DNA from: Macrostomum lignano
Taxonomy: Eukaryota
Assembly (NCBI GenBank): GCA_002269645.1
Contig: NIVC01000290.1
Location: 16,286-80,285 of the forward strand
DNA length: 64,000 nucleotides
Direction of reading: 5' to 3'
Position 1 is the first letter of the stretch. Every line of letters begins with the position of its first letter. A program made the translations under genes and the position numbers. Shown piece after piece: positions 12,791-28,003 of the stretch. The notes beneath the pieces were generated by a model. That model saw only the letters and a program-made list of their open reading frames with translations. It made no database searches and had not been told where the DNA came from.

Positions 12791-14973
12791 GGCTGCACTT
12801 TATCTCTGCGTGTCAGCCTGTGCTGCGGCTAAATCAGTTTTAATTTATAAACTAATTGCAGGTCTTCGAGTGTCTCTTCTGCTATTAGACTTCAGGCACT
12901 GGCTATCGGGCGTTTCCACCAGCGAACCCTCCAACTTGCCTGCCAATGGCCAGCCAGATCAGCCCGGGTTTCCTCCAAGTCCCGGGGATTGGCGGCCTTG
13001 CGTATGGCTGCCTGCACTCCGCAATGCTCCTCTGTCCGGGAGCAGGCCAGCAGGCAAGGCACTGCCTGCAGAGGGAATCTGGAGGGGAAGGCAGCGACCA
13101 GTCGGGCCAGAGCTGAACGCGAAATCGATAGTGCAAAGACAAGGGGGCGCTGCGAAGCTGCCTGGCCAGGGCGCGCTAGTGTTAAAACTGTCCGTGAATG
13201 ATGGAGCACGCAAGAGGCTGGTCCTGGGGATCCCGGGACCCCGCCGCACTCCCAGTCCCATCCATTCCCCCCAGGTGGGATGAAGGTGAAAAAACTTCGA
13301 GCTTCAAATTGCCCGAGGGCAAGAAGCTGTGCAGACGATGCAGCAGACAGCAAAAATCCTCTGCGCAATGGGGGGGAAACTCCCCTGTTTCTGGTTGCCT
13401 TGCCTCGTACCACAGCAGATGACAAAAGTGCCTCGGTTGACCTTTGCGAGATTTTATTGAGATTGAATTTTTGCTGGAAGATGGCGAATTCGAAATTCAG
13501 TTGTTCTAAAGACTCACTGAAATATTAAACTAGATTGTCCCAATGCTATTAACAATTCGAATACAAATTACTTTAAGATGTCGACCAAGATTCTAAGAAA
13601 AGAACGCCTTGTTGGGGTCGCTCATAACAATGGCGAATCAAGGAGCCATTGGGAACCATGGTCCGTCTCAAATTAAATATGGCCAAAAAGTTGCGCCACT
13701 CATTTTTTCCTTGTTGCTGCCTCCATTATATTTGGTTTTAATCGCTTGGTGTAGCTTGACAAAGGTTAGAATACACTTTATATTGCCTGACAGTTTATTA
13801 GTCCAAACTGCCTACTGACAGTAGATGACATAGTGTGTTATATAAGCTCCAGCGTCTCCGAAAATTATTAAAATTTCATAACAAGTGCAGTGTAATTTAT
13901 GGGCCTACCACTTTTGACCATGGACTACTCAAGTAGAAGGACGGTCGGAACTGCGTTTCTTGTAACATTTTAGGAGGCAGGTTTTTTCCGAAAAAAATAC
14001 ACTACGGAGATGGAAAGTTTTCTGCACAAAAATTGTTAATGCTTTTGATAGGAAGCAGACCCAATGTTCATCTTTTGATATGTTGTGCCTCTCTTATAGC
14101 TCTATTGACATTTGTAAAGCTTTTCGTTTCAAAAAATTAGGATTCTTTGTTAATTTTGTATTCTAAGTACATTCCCTGTACCTAAAAATCATGAAAATGC
14201 ATGGCACAACTCGACTCTTGGCTTTATGAATCCATTTTATCATCTCTGGTAGGCATGTTTTTACAGTCAGCTGAGGCTAATAAAATGGATTCAGAAAACA
14301 AATGAGCCATGCCATTTCAATGGTTTCTAGACACAGGACAGGTACAATTAATTGTACGTAGGATAATAAAAATCAGAATCAAAATTTTCCCAGAACGTGC
14401 ATGCAGTTTCCCGTCCTGCTTGAGTAGCCCAATTGCTTTTGACTACCAGACTTTGACTGAAAAATTGACTGCCAACCCTAATCCTAGGCCCTAACTGTAA
14501 CCCTAAACTAAACCCCAACCTAAATTCCAATGGAAAGGCTATGCCGCCCCTTCCACGATCATACTAAGCTGACGCCCTCTTTTCCGGCGACTGCTTTGAG
14601 TTCTGACAATTCTATAAATATTTTTAGACGCTTAAAAACTACGTTACACTATCCAACCTTCCTACTGTCAGTAGGAAATCTTGGCTATCAAACTGTCAGA
14701 CATAAAAATTCTGTTCCTATAAACTCTATTGACCAACACACGTGACACTGCAAAAGTGCAAAAACACTGGAGCCGCGGGGGTGTGCAGCTCCATACAGTC
14801 GGCTCCCTGCAGACGTGCACTTTTGCGAGTTGCAATCTCGCGAGCTGCAGCCCCCCCCCAAAGCAAACTTTAAACTTCAACGGCCCCGCAATAGAAAAAA
14901 ATCGCGCACTTGCAGCAGTAAGGAGGGTATGTTAATACATGAAAACTTAGGCTATAAAGCTATAAGCTCTTAG

Positions 14974-15174
14974 CAGCGGTGAAGCCAAGGTGGGGCAAGG
15001 CGGGCAGTGCCCCCTCAATAGACTGGCAAACAAGAAACAATTATGGTGCCCCTTTGGCGCTAATGGTCCTGGTGCTGGCGCCCCTGGTGTTGGCGCCCCT
15101 GGTGTTGGCGCCCCTGGTGTTGGCGCCCCTGGTGCTGGCGCCCCTCCCAATAGAAAGTTTTAGCAACGCCACTG
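14974..15174. mobile_element. Possible degenerate hAT-type MITE with internal 15-bp tandem repeat (GGTGTTGGCGCCCCT)
   Basis: Imperfect TIRs CAGCGGTGAAGCCA / CAGTGGCGTTGCTA; flanking 8-mers GCTCTTAG / GCTCAAGT match only partly. Confidence 0.35.
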
Positions 15175-16956
15175 GCTCAAGTCATAGCATAGGGCATGTA
15201 TTTTATATTATTTAGCATTTAAGCATCGCGGCTGCAAGTAAAAAAACGCTAGCCCTACTACTTATTTATGCAATATATGCGGGGGCAGGCTGGCACTTCG
15301 GGCCAAGGCCGGCCTCAAGTTCACTCTGTGGGTCACATGCCTGCCCAGCTGTACACTGTGTGGGTGGCCTGGTACGAGAGGCAGCTGTACACTCCGCCCC
15401 GCCTGTGCACGCGGTACAGTGGATCGCCTGCAGAAAGCTGGGGAAACAGAAATTTCTAGAGTGGAGACGAGACAGCAGTGAGCAGTCCCTGCGAGCACCG
15501 CGGGCGATAGACAGACAGGCCTTGCATAAACACTGAGCAGTCAGCAGACAGAATTTGCTTCTAAATGTTTTATCTTTGCAAACCCGATGGCAAGCTAATG
15601 TGTAGCCATATGTTAAACAAAGCAATGACTAATTGCATATGCATGTTGCATTTGAACAGATTTGAGTCAGCGCACTGAGTTATCCTTCCTGCTACAGCAA
15701 ATGACACTCGTGGCATTATGCTTCTGCGACCCATATTATTTCCCAGACTCCCAAGAATGTGAAGCAACTTCTTTCTGCACGCAAGCTCTGCTAGATTGGT
15801 TGGATCGAGATGTTGCAAAAGTTACCCAAGTCGAGATTTCCAGGAAGCTGAGGCGCCGCGTACAAAACTGCTGGATGGGGGGAGGGGCAGGGGGGGGGAA
15901 GTGTGTTGTACTTTTAGTTTCAGCCCAAGAAAACAACTGTGAACCCAGGGAGGGGTATGAATGAGGCCACAGGGTTTTATTCCAGCGGATAGCTTCCCGC
16001 TGTTTATAGCAAAACTGTTGGGTCGAGTGTGGGGTGGGGTAGGACTGTTTACGCCAGTCCAGGGCCGCCTGAGTCAGAGCCCGTACAGGGGACAGGGACG
16101 CTGCTGTTGCTAAAAATAGCGCAACGAAAAACAAGCCTCCAAAGCCTTGGGTTAAAAGTACAACCGGGCAATGTTTTGAGATGAAGAGTAAAAGTGAGCG
16201 TTGCAGTTTCTTTGCTGGGCCACAGGTGATAATTACTGATTACTTCATAATCATATTGAAGATTACTCCGTAATCTTAGCCATCGATCAAGAGCTGCTTG
16301 GCGTAGAGCAGCCCGATTAAGAATTAAAGATTTACTCATTTGCCCAGGTCACGAGTTTCTGGCCGCTTCATTCAGTCTTTGCCCGACCCGCCTGCGCAAA
16401 GCGAACCAACGAAGATTGCAGATCAGATAAGAAGGCAATGGCATCGCATCTGTCATTTCGTGTACTTTTCAATGTGAGCTCGAGAGTTCAACAGTTTAAG
16501 TTGCTTGTGTGTAACTGTCATTATCGAGCTGAGCTTCAGTGAAATAAAAAGTGCTCAGTAATCAGTTCAAGTATATCGCAGCATGGCTTGCGACTGCAAT
16601 AAAAACATGTTTTGATTTTGACCCTCAGCAGCGCAATCGGGCTTGAGCCTCGACTTCTCAAGAAGCTAAAATTTTTTTTGCTGTTTATTATGCGATGCAG
16701 GGACGGGCTGGGTTACCATTCTCTCCTGTGAGTCACTGTGAGCTCTGCTAGGCTCACTGCTCACTCCGTTTTTAATAATGAACTCACATTGTTTACAAAC
16801 ACCCAATTTTGCCTGCTGCAGATACAGAGAGACGCATTAGTTAATTCCAGTAAGGTTTGTTTGTCTTCCATCCAGATTGCTTAGGCTGTATTCGAACTTA
16901 GATGGCAGAGGATCACTGACCTCCAGATGACGGGGGGCGGGGCGGAAGCGTCCAAC

Positions 16957-17630
16957 TGAAGAACAGGGGCAGGTCTCAGGAGCCGCCTGAAGAACAGGGG
17001 CAGGTCTCAGGAGCCGCCTGAAGAACAGGGGCAGGTCTCAGGAGCCGCCTGAAGAACAGGGGCAGGACTCAGGAGCCGCCTGAAGAACAGGGGCAGGTCT
17101 CAGGAGCCGCCTGAAGAACAGGGGCAGGACTCAGGAGCCGCCTGAAGAACAGGGGCAGGTCTCAGGAGCCACCTGAAGAACAGATGCAGGACTCAGGAGC
17201 CGCCTGAAGAACAGATGCAGGACTCAGGAGCCACCTGAAGAACAGATGCAGGACTCAGGAGCCGCCTGAAGAACAGGGGCCAGGACTCAGGAGCCGCCTG
17301 AAGAACAGGGGCCAGGACTCAGGAGCCGCCTGAAGAACAGGGGCCAGGACTCAGGAGCCACCTGAAAAACAGGGGCCAGGACTCAGGAGCCACCTGAAGA
17401 ACAGGGGCCAGGACTCAGGAGCCACCTGAAGAACAGGGGCAGGTCTCAGGAGCCGCCTGAAGAACAGGGGCAGGTCTCAGAAGCCACCTGAAGAACAGGG
17501 GCAGGACTCAGGAGCCGCCTGAAGAACAGGGGCAGGACTCAGGAGCCGCCTGAAGAACAGGGGCAGGTCTCAGGAGCCGTCTGAAGAACAGGGGCAGGTC
17601 TCAGAAGCCACCTGAAGAACAGGGGCAGGA
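16957..17630. repeat. 31-bp minisatellite (TGAAGAACAGGGGCAGGTCTCAGGAGCCGCC)n, ~22 copies
   Basis: Unit read directly; variant blocks are clustered. Confidence 0.95.
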
Positions 17631-19284
17631 CAGGTTACCTTAAAGAACATGCAAGGGACAGCGGTGCCAGCGGCCAGCTAAAAATAACAGGGCCCATCTA
17701 AATAACAGGGGACAGTGGCCACATGATGAACAGGGAGAGCATGGAAACAGCGGAACTCATAAAATTAAAACTAGTTACTATGCTTAAGCAGACTGAACTC
17801 CTCACCAAATGCTAGCTAGAACTCACTAAAAGTCCTTGAATGGCCAGATTTAACAGATCTGTATGACCCGAAGCCCCTATCAGGTCGCACCCTGATACGG
17901 ACCGGCCGGGCTGTCAAAGCATGTTTGCTCGATACAGAATAAGAAACTGTGACACCCAAACCGTGAATGATAACAGGTGTTTATGCAAGACAGCTATTTA
18001 TAGCCACAGCAGGTGGCCTACGGATAAACAAAAGAAAGCAATGGAAAAACAAGCGGTTGAATTTAGAGCGCAAATGAAAAGCTGTGGCAGCCAGGGGGCC
18101 ATTGCTTTGTTATTTATCTTGAATAGCCAAAGCAGTCTACATAAATATCTAAATAGAAATTTATAAATATTAATTGTTGTGCATTTGTGCAGAAATCTAC
18201 ACGCCTCAAAAGCGCCGAGAAGAAACAAAATAGAGCAGAATTATCAACTAGAGTTAAACACGGGGTCAGATGGGGCCAGACTGTGGGGATTACAATGGAG
18301 CTGGATGAAATAAACACGGTGAGGTGACAGCAGGCGGCATGTCAGATTGGGCGCCCCCCTCCCGGTAATCACAAGCCAGCAGCAGTTCAACCAATCCACC
18401 AGTTTGCCTTGGCAACGGGGGCAGTCGGTCCTGGATACGGGTGCAAATAGTCAGCTGAAAAAATCTAAGCAAAACAGAACTTCCCGATGAGGTCAGTGAG
18501 AACAATGACCTGCAGGCGAGTTTTACAGGTGAAATTGAAAAGACTTCATTAATTAGCAGTGAGCTGGTAACGAAATTTTTAAAACGCAACCGCCGCAAAA
18601 TAAACAAAAATGACGCCGCAGAGAAGCCGGTAAACAAAACAGCCTGGGAAGGGGCGGGACAATTGGTGAATGCCTATCTGCTTGCTCAATGCTAGCTCTC
18701 TAAGGCGCAACAGTGTGATCTCTCAAGTTCTCGAAGCAATTATCTTCTTGGAGTTGCAGAAATTTTTGTTGTAAAGAAAAAAAATCTAGTACAATCACAT
18801 CTTCTAATAAACTTCCTCTACGGCCAGGCAATTGGGGAGCATCGAAAATAAAGTATGATTTCTGAGGAAAAAACTGGGGAAAGCGGCGACTCTGCAATGC
18901 GGGAGCTCTGTGGGAAACTCTGCAACAGACAAAAATCACCAGGACTCAAAAAATGGCCTATGCTTGATGACGCTAATGGCTCAATGATCAATAATGTACA
19001 GCGGAGACGGCGGTATAGGAGGCTGGGGTAGCCGGAAAAATACAAATTTCGGAGCAGATGAAGAATGAAGACGAAATTATTGTTTATAAAAACAGGTGCA
19101 TGTTAAGGTGGCGGGTTGAAGGTCATGATGATATTGGTTACTGCAGAGACGGGCCAGATGACACAAGCAGTACAGGGCTTCATAGTTGCAACAGCCCAAC
19201 CTAACCTACTAATGGACTAATCAAGTCAGGTCATAACCGTAATAACTAAAAAATCCCACTCGACAACCACTGACCGAGCCGGCA

Positions 19285-21941
19285 TCACATCCAGCCATTG
19301 ACTCCGCCGTCTGCGGGCAGCACGGGGTCCTCGCTATGGGACTTGGACTTGGGCAGCAGGTCCAGGCCGTCCAGGTCCAGGCCGAATAGGAACTGGCGCT
19401 GCTCGGACTGCGGCTGCTGTTTCTGCTGCTGCTGCCGGTGGTGCTGCGCCACCGAGTGCGCGTCCACCGAGTAGCGCCGGTCGGCCATCAGCTGCATCGG
19501 CGGCGGCGGCACCGAGGTTGGCGGAAGGCCGCCGAAGAGAACGCCGTCCCACACGGCTGGAGGCGGACCGCCCTCTTGCCAGAGCCGCTTCAACTCGGCC
19601 AGCGACTTCGCATCGGCGGAGGCGGCAGCGGCGGCGCCTTCATCAGCGGTCTGTTGGGAGAGCGCGGTTGCTATGGTGACGCTGGCCGGCGCGGAGCCGC
19701 GGCGCTGCGTGTCTTCGGCCTGTCTGCGCGCATGGAACTCGTGAACCAGCCGAGCGGCCTCTGGCGACGGCTCCAACTCGGGGTCCAGCCACAGGCCCTG
19801 GCAGCGCAGGCTGACATACTCGCAGATGAGCTGCTTGGCAAAGCGAACCCGCTCTCTGGTGCCGCAGATTGTGAAATGCGTCTGCGGCGACGGCAGGCCC
19901 GGGATCGATTCCTGCTTGCGCGGCGTGGCGATGTGCGTGTCAGACAGCTGCTGCACCCAGCGGATGGTCTGGCCAGAGGCGCCAACGATTAGGCCGACCT
20001 TGTCCTGCTCCACATACAGCCGGTCCTCGGTGCGGTTGGGCTCGATGCGGCTCAGGCGCTCCTGCTGCACCTTGCTGAAGTGCTCGCTCATCTGCAGGAT
20101 GATGCGCTTGGCCTGCAGTGGTGCGGGATGGACACGTCAGAGTAGGTCAGCATGAAGGGTGGCAAAGCAACAGCTAATGGCTACTAAGCAATTCACTGCA
20201 ACATACCTCGCCAAGTTTCTCAGGCATTCCAGTAATCTCAAACACTGGCAACTCGTCACGAGCTGGCGTCTTCACCCACACCTTGAGCTGCTCACGCAGG
20301 TGCCTGATTCTCTGGCCTAGAAGTGGCAAATAGAATAGGGTAGGATGAAAATGTAATTGATGAATGTTACATATCGATTCCAATGAATTAAAACATATTT
20401 TATTTCATTGGAATAAAAAAATGATGCATTGAAATTTAGATTTTTAAGTATGACTAGAGCTATCTTAGCAATAGACAGGGGCATAAGGAGGGGGGATAGG
20501 GGGATGCATCCCCCCAAAGAGCCTGACCAAAACTTTTTTGTTGCCCTTTGTTGCTATACATGCTACCATGTGACTGTCATAGCACTTACCTTGGTGTAAC
20601 CCCCCATAAAAATTCACCTTGGTGTATCCCCCTATAGTAAATTCCTGGCTATGCCTCTGGCAATAGATTATTATTTAGCTAGACAACGCTAGTAAATAAT
20701 AAAATCAAAATTAGACACATTTGCTTTAAAACTTATCAAACAAAAAGTTTACCATCAATTTAACTTCTTGCAATTTTTTGCAATATATAAATTGTTTTAA
20801 ATAAGATATATTGGCATATGTAAGTGTATATCATAACTTAGAAATTTTAAATATTTAGTATAGTATAATAAGCTTTTCTTAGTTAAAAAATCTATTTAGT
20901 TGCCTTTGTTAAACAGATATTTTATATTTTATCAAATCAATAATTCTAATAATCGATTAGGCTTTTAGAATAATAAATATATATATTACATAATTATAAA
21001 AAATATACCAGGTCTAAATATAGATAGTAGTGCAACTAGACTAAAGCATAGAGTATTAGAAGTAAATTCAATCATGTATTAAAAATATGGCTAAATCACA
21101 AATTTAAATATTTTAAAATTTAAATTATACTAATATTAATTAAACTATCAATATCATACATCTATATTTTTATAAATTATAACATAAGATCTATAAAATT
21201 TCAAGATAGAAAGTACTTACCATTCTTGCCAACAATCTCAGCAACATGATCTGATGAGGGTACTTGGATTCTTTCCGTCATAGTTAGTTTTGGTTCTTTA
21301 TTCTCTCCAATAGCAGAAGGGCTAATTGTAGCTGCCATTCTTTTTAAGAAATCTGATTGCATTTCTTCATCTTGCAATCCAAGTTTCATTTGCTCATCAA
21401 ATCGTCTTGTTAGCTCAGACATGGCGCATTGGTCCTTACTCTGTTGAGTTGGCTGAACTTTCTGGTCTAGGATAGAAGCAGATTGAATACAGTCAGCATT
21501 TCTTCCAGTGGCAGAAAACGAGAGTTCATTATCTAAGCGATTAGACAACAGTGAACGCGGCTTCTGCTTTTGATCAAATGCTTCGCCAGTCTTGAAAGTG
21601 GGACTGCCATTAGACAGCGAGCCCAATAACCACTGGCACTGATCTTTCCCAATGCCTGATCCATTGGTATTGTAGCACGACTTGAGCTCAGAAATAAACG
21701 CAGCTTGATCGGATCCACTTCCACTATTTGAGCGACGTGAAACCGACAATACGGAAGTTAAAGCGTCAGAATTTGACTCCGTCTTGGGCAAATCTGTTGT
21801 TTGCAATGCACTAAAAAAGTCGTCGGCCAACGAATATCTGCAATTCGACGACACAGGTGTGTTTGGTGAAAACGATGATAGACAACCATTGACAGAACCA
21901 GATGGGAACTTGAATGTGCTCTCAAGCACGGACTCAGACAT
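19285..21941 (-). CDS. mex3: MEX3-like RNA-binding protein with two KH domains, no RING; exons 21941-21221, 20316-20207, 20112-19285; 552 aa
   Basis: KH1 MTERIQVPSSDHVAEIVGKNG|GQRIRHLREQLKVWVKTPARDELPVFEITG closely follows MEX3 (VPSSEHVAEIVG..KTP..EPVF); KH2 KVGLIVGASGQTIRWVQQ. Intron phases are compatible; spliced length 1659 nt. Confidence 0.88.
20476..20659. mobile_element. hAT-type MITE (184 bp) in mex3 intron 1
   Basis: TIRs CAGGGGCATA / CAGAGGCATA; perfect 8-bp TSD GCAATAGA at 20468-20475 and 20660-20667. Confidence 0.85.
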
Positions 21942-23035
21942 AGCTGTCAGTTGAAACAAATGAAAAGCACTAGCATTAAAGGCAAAGCCTTTAAGATATG
22001 AATGAGTTACGAAAACGCAAATCGTGCAAGACACGCATGTCTAGCGCGTGCAAAATGAATGCGTTATATTGAACAAAATATTCTTAGATAAACTGTTTTA
22101 ACAAAATTTAGATAAATTAGACTTTTTATAACGTAATAGCAAAAACGTTTTTCGCTCTAAAAAGCCTTTTTATTTTATCCTTACAATATTTTTATTTTCT
22201 TTTAAATAAATTAAACTACTCTCGGAACAAAATGAACTGAATATTTTGTTAGAAACAGTTCTTCACAGTTTCATAGAAACATAGAAACAGTTTCAGTTTC
22301 ACCTACACCTTACCTTAACCTACTGGCTACTTTAGACTCGAGAACTACTCCAAGTTGTTCAATGTTATTCAATCAATGATGCAAATGTTTACAAGTAAAA
22401 TTCAAATCGCACTTTACCATAAAGTTTTAGGTGATTTTATTTTGATCTTTTTAAATGTGAGCTAAAATAAATCTAGCCTAGGCTATAAATATAGGCTAGG
22501 CTAGATCTGATCTGTTATTTTAACCTTTGATTTAATTCAAATTTTACCTGCCTTTTTAGTGCTATTGTGCACTAGTGCTTTAGCTATGCATCAGCATTTG
22601 TCAAGGGCAGTGACTACTCGTCCAGTATCGGATAAATAACATAACTATTATTTGTCTGGTATACCAGATAAATAATTAATAACAGTGAAGTTTTTCATCC
22701 GGCACAGTACGGACGTGGATATATAATAAAAACTTGCAAAATACAGGGAATACTAAAAAAAGTAGTATATAGTTCACTTTTAGGCTAGAAAGCAGAAAAT
22801 ATTTGTTATGATTAGATAGTGCTGTTTCTCATGCTATCCAGTATTAACCAGATAAATAGGGAAACATGGCTATTATCCAGTAACCAGACAAATAACCAAC
22901 CATATTGCTATTTGTCTGGTTACTGGACAAATAACAACTGCCTTAGATTTATTCTTCATTTAGAATTTTTGAGTTTGTTATTTTCAAGCTGCTATCTCAA
23001 ATGGCTATCTAATTTGACTTTGTCTTTATTTTGAT

Positions 23036-24834
<1,799 letters not shown>

Positions 24835-25533
24835 TATTTTAATATCATAAATGAAACCATCAAAATGCCTTTTTTGAATGATCTCAGTAAAATATATATT
24901 TTTGTCAAATTTATAATTATAGTTTTATAAACTTATAATATTAAAAGGATAAAGGCAAAAAAGACCAATTTGTTATCTTATGCTACAGTGTATGTATTTT
25001 GAAACATAAGCAATGTTGTTTAACTATATTGGTAACAAATTTATTATCAAATGAAAAATGCCTACATAGAAAAGTCAGTTATAGACTGTTGCTCAGAGTC
25101 ATTCGTTGATTTTTTCAGGCTCAGCCTCAATTACTGATTCGCTGTGCTCTGCGTAGCAGCAGCCTCACATCCAGCAGGCCTCCGAGCAGCTCCAGACACT
25201 GGCTAGACCCCATCGGGGCTGGCCGCCAGTGCTGGACTGTCAGGCGTGGGGTGGAAGGTCCGTTGGCCACGGACACGAAAGCTGGAATTCCGGCCCCTCT
25301 GCTGGGGTTGACCCTGGTGGACCTGGTGGCAGGCTCACCGACATGCCCTCTGCACACTCACGCGGCGACGCGGTGGTGCAAGGCCCCTGTCCTATGGTGA
25401 GCGGGGCATTGACGGCTGGCTGTGCCATGTTGCAGTCAGACCGTTCCCGTAGGCCCATTGACCAGGTGACCCAGCGGGGCCGGCATCAACAACAACAACA
25501 ACAGCTGCAGCAGCAGCTCCAGTTTCTCTTGCA

Positions 25534-26773
25534 ATGCTGATGCACCAGAGTGCATTACCACGCATTGCCCCTGTTGCTATGGCAACCATGCACCGCCGCT
25601 TTGGCATCTCGGCCGCCCTGCTGAAGGCCAAGAAGAAGACCCAGCAACAGAAGCAGGCAGCTTCTGCTCCCGCCGCTGCTGCCACCGAGATTGTCAGCAA
25701 CCCGGAACTGCTGGAGCGGCTGGAGTTGGACAAGCTGACGGCCAGAGGGCAGGCCGAGCTGGCCAGCTTCAAGGAGCTGCTGTTCCGCAACCTGCGGCTG
25801 CAGATCACCGCGGATGTCCTGCATGACATTGAGGTGGGCTGTTGAAATTTCGTTTCTTGGAAAATATTTTGAAGGCTGGCTTCGCGCGAAAAATATTGCA
25901 TGTGAATATCCCTGTTCTTCACACGGCCTGATGCCAATTTTGTCAGGAAATTAATCCCTGTTCTTCACACGGCCTGATGCCAATTTTGTCAGGAAATTAA
26001 TCCCTGTTCTTCACACGGCCTGATGCCAATTTTGTCAGGAAATTAATCCCTGTTCTTCACACGGCCTGATGCCAATTTTAAATTTGAATTTGCGTCCCCG
26101 CACTGAAGCCGCGCGAGTTCCCCCTGCTTCCTGTAAATAAACAGTTGTCGCTGTTTTGAAAATGAAAACTGCAGCTCCCATATTCTACAGCGTATTTTTG
26201 CATAAAGTCAGTCTTCAGATTTTTTAAGAAGCGAGAGTTCTCTTCACTATTCAATCCGTCTTGCTACATCTCCGATAGAGGCTGAGGCAGTTAATCCGCC
26301 AACCCGATCGCCCCTCCCAGGTGAGCACCGGCAGCGGCCGGGTGCCTCTCGGCAGTCTGGCCGACGTCTATCAGAAGTCCTCGGACACTGTAGTCCTTGA
26401 CCTGACAGCCAACCGGTCCGCAGTGCCGGCCGTCAGACAGGCCCTGGCGTTGAAGGGCTTCAACGGCCGGGAGCAGGCGGCCGACGCCGACTGCCTGACT
26501 GTGAGCCTCCCGCGCGTCACTGGCGAGCACCGGCGCCGTCTGGCGACCAACGGGCGCGAGCTGCTGCACCGCGCCAAGCTCGCCACCAAGCGGCTGCACG
26601 ACAGCGCTACCAAGCGGCTGAAGGAGGCGGAACGGGTCGGGCACTACTCCAAAGATGACCTGCGCGCCTGCCAGCAGCTGCTGGTGGCTGAAATCAAGCG
26701 GGCCAACGCGCAGCTGGACTCCGCCTGGGCTGCCAAGGAGAAGGAGCTGCTCGGCACCGGCACCAGCGACTGA
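25534..26773 (+). CDS. MRRF: Mitochondrial ribosome recycling factor; exons 25534-25833 and 26321-26773, ~250 aa
   Basis: Basic, Ala-rich presequence-like N-terminus; LRLQITADVLHDIE|V..VPLGSLADV; LTVSLPRVTGEHRRRL; YSKDD..QQL; AAKEKELL. All are RRF-family motifs; phase-0 GT-AG intron. The start codon choice is uncertain. Confidence 0.88.
25908..26078. repeat. 46-bp tandem repeat, ~3.7 copies, in the MRRF intron
   Basis: ATCCCTGTTCTTCACACGGCCTGATGCCAATTTTGTCAGGAAATTA starting at 25908, 25954, 26000 and 26046 (partial). Confidence 0.92.
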
Positions 26774-26813
26774 AGTTAAATGCTTTGTGACCGGCTCGGC
26801 CCGTTCACTGCCT

Positions 26814-27365
26814 GCTTCCCGACTGGTAGCTTCCCGATTGGTAGCTTCCCGACTGGTGGCTTCCCGATTGGTAGCTTCCCGACTGGTAGCTTCCCGATTG
26901 GTGGCTTCCCGATTGGTAGCTTCCCGACTGGTAGCTTCCCGACTGGTAGCTTCCCGATTGGTAGCTTCCCGACTGGTAGCTTCCCGATTGGTGGCTTCCC
27001 GATTGGTGGCTTCCCGATTGGTAGCTTCCCGATTGGTAGCTTCCCGAGTAGTACCTTCGGGACTGGTAGCTTTCTAATGACTGGTAGCTTCCTAATGACG
27101 GGTAGCTTCCCAATGACTGGTCTCTTCCCAATGACTTGTAGCTTCCCAATGACTGGTCTCTTCCCAATGACTGGTCTCTTCCCAATGACTGGTCTCTTCC
27201 CAATGACTGGTCTCTTCCCAATGACTGGTCTCTTCCCAATGACTTGTAGCTTCCCAATGACTGGTCTCTTTCCAATGACTGGTCTCTTCCCAATGACTGG
27301 TCTCTTCCCAATGACTGGTCTCTTCCCAATGACTTGTAGCTTCCCAATGACTGGTAGCTTCCTAT
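26814..27365. repeat. Compound minisatellite: 15-mer (GGTAGCTTCCCGA[C/T]T) grading into 18-mer (ATGACTGGTCTCTTCCCA)
   Basis: Read directly, just after the MRRF stop codon. Confidence 0.93.
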
Positions 27366-28003
27366 TGACGAGCTCCGTGTTTGCCTAGTTGCTTGTCAGT
27401 CAATTATGTGCTTAACAAGATGCCTACATGTAGTTACGTGTCTATCTTATCTTTTTCACTCATCTGCTTGTTACAGTAGAAATAAAAGAATACTTTGAAT
27501 AACCGCTCTGAAGGCTGTTAGTAGTATGCCTCCGTTCGCGGTGCATTTTTTAGGACAGAAAATTCTATTGCGAAATGCTTACTGTTAATCGCTGAGTCTC
27601 TTGAGTAAAAAATTAATCGTTAATTGATTGCGCCAAGGCTTCGAAAGAATTTTGTTTGAATTTTAGCAAACTTGGCACTAGCAAAAATCAATCTGGAGAT
27701 TTCACGGGCAGCACATCGCTATTTATATTTGAACAGAGCGGAATAGGCGAAGTCTGGAACAGAGCAAATGTGGGTACAGTAATGTGCAAAATGCATGAGC
27801 TCCTTTGCTAAGAGATGAGTAGATAACTAAACAGATAAAACATTCAACCGTGCGGGTAGTACCTGTACTTCGAGTATACCAAATGGTAAAATGATTTAAT
27901 TACATGCACAAAGCGCTTGGCTAAAAATATTCCGGGTCAGTTTTAATCAAACTCGAATTTCATGTAGCTGTGCTCGCTAAGCTCATTAGCTACTGACTGC
28001 ATA

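Noticed and set aside
3975-17630. CRISPR-like appearance of regular repeats
   Set aside because: Units are head-to-tail with no unique spacers, there are no cas genes, and the context is eukaryotic.
17640-19280. LDTGA (~18431) and SVISQVLEAIIFLELQKFL (~18712) resembling protease and non-LTR RT fragments
   Set aside because: Isolated short matches surrounded by stops, with no further RT motifs; a TE library search is needed.
25118-25540. Open frame with a poly-Q run upstream of MRRF
   Set aside because: It is in a different frame from MRRF and has no domain signal; possibly UTR.
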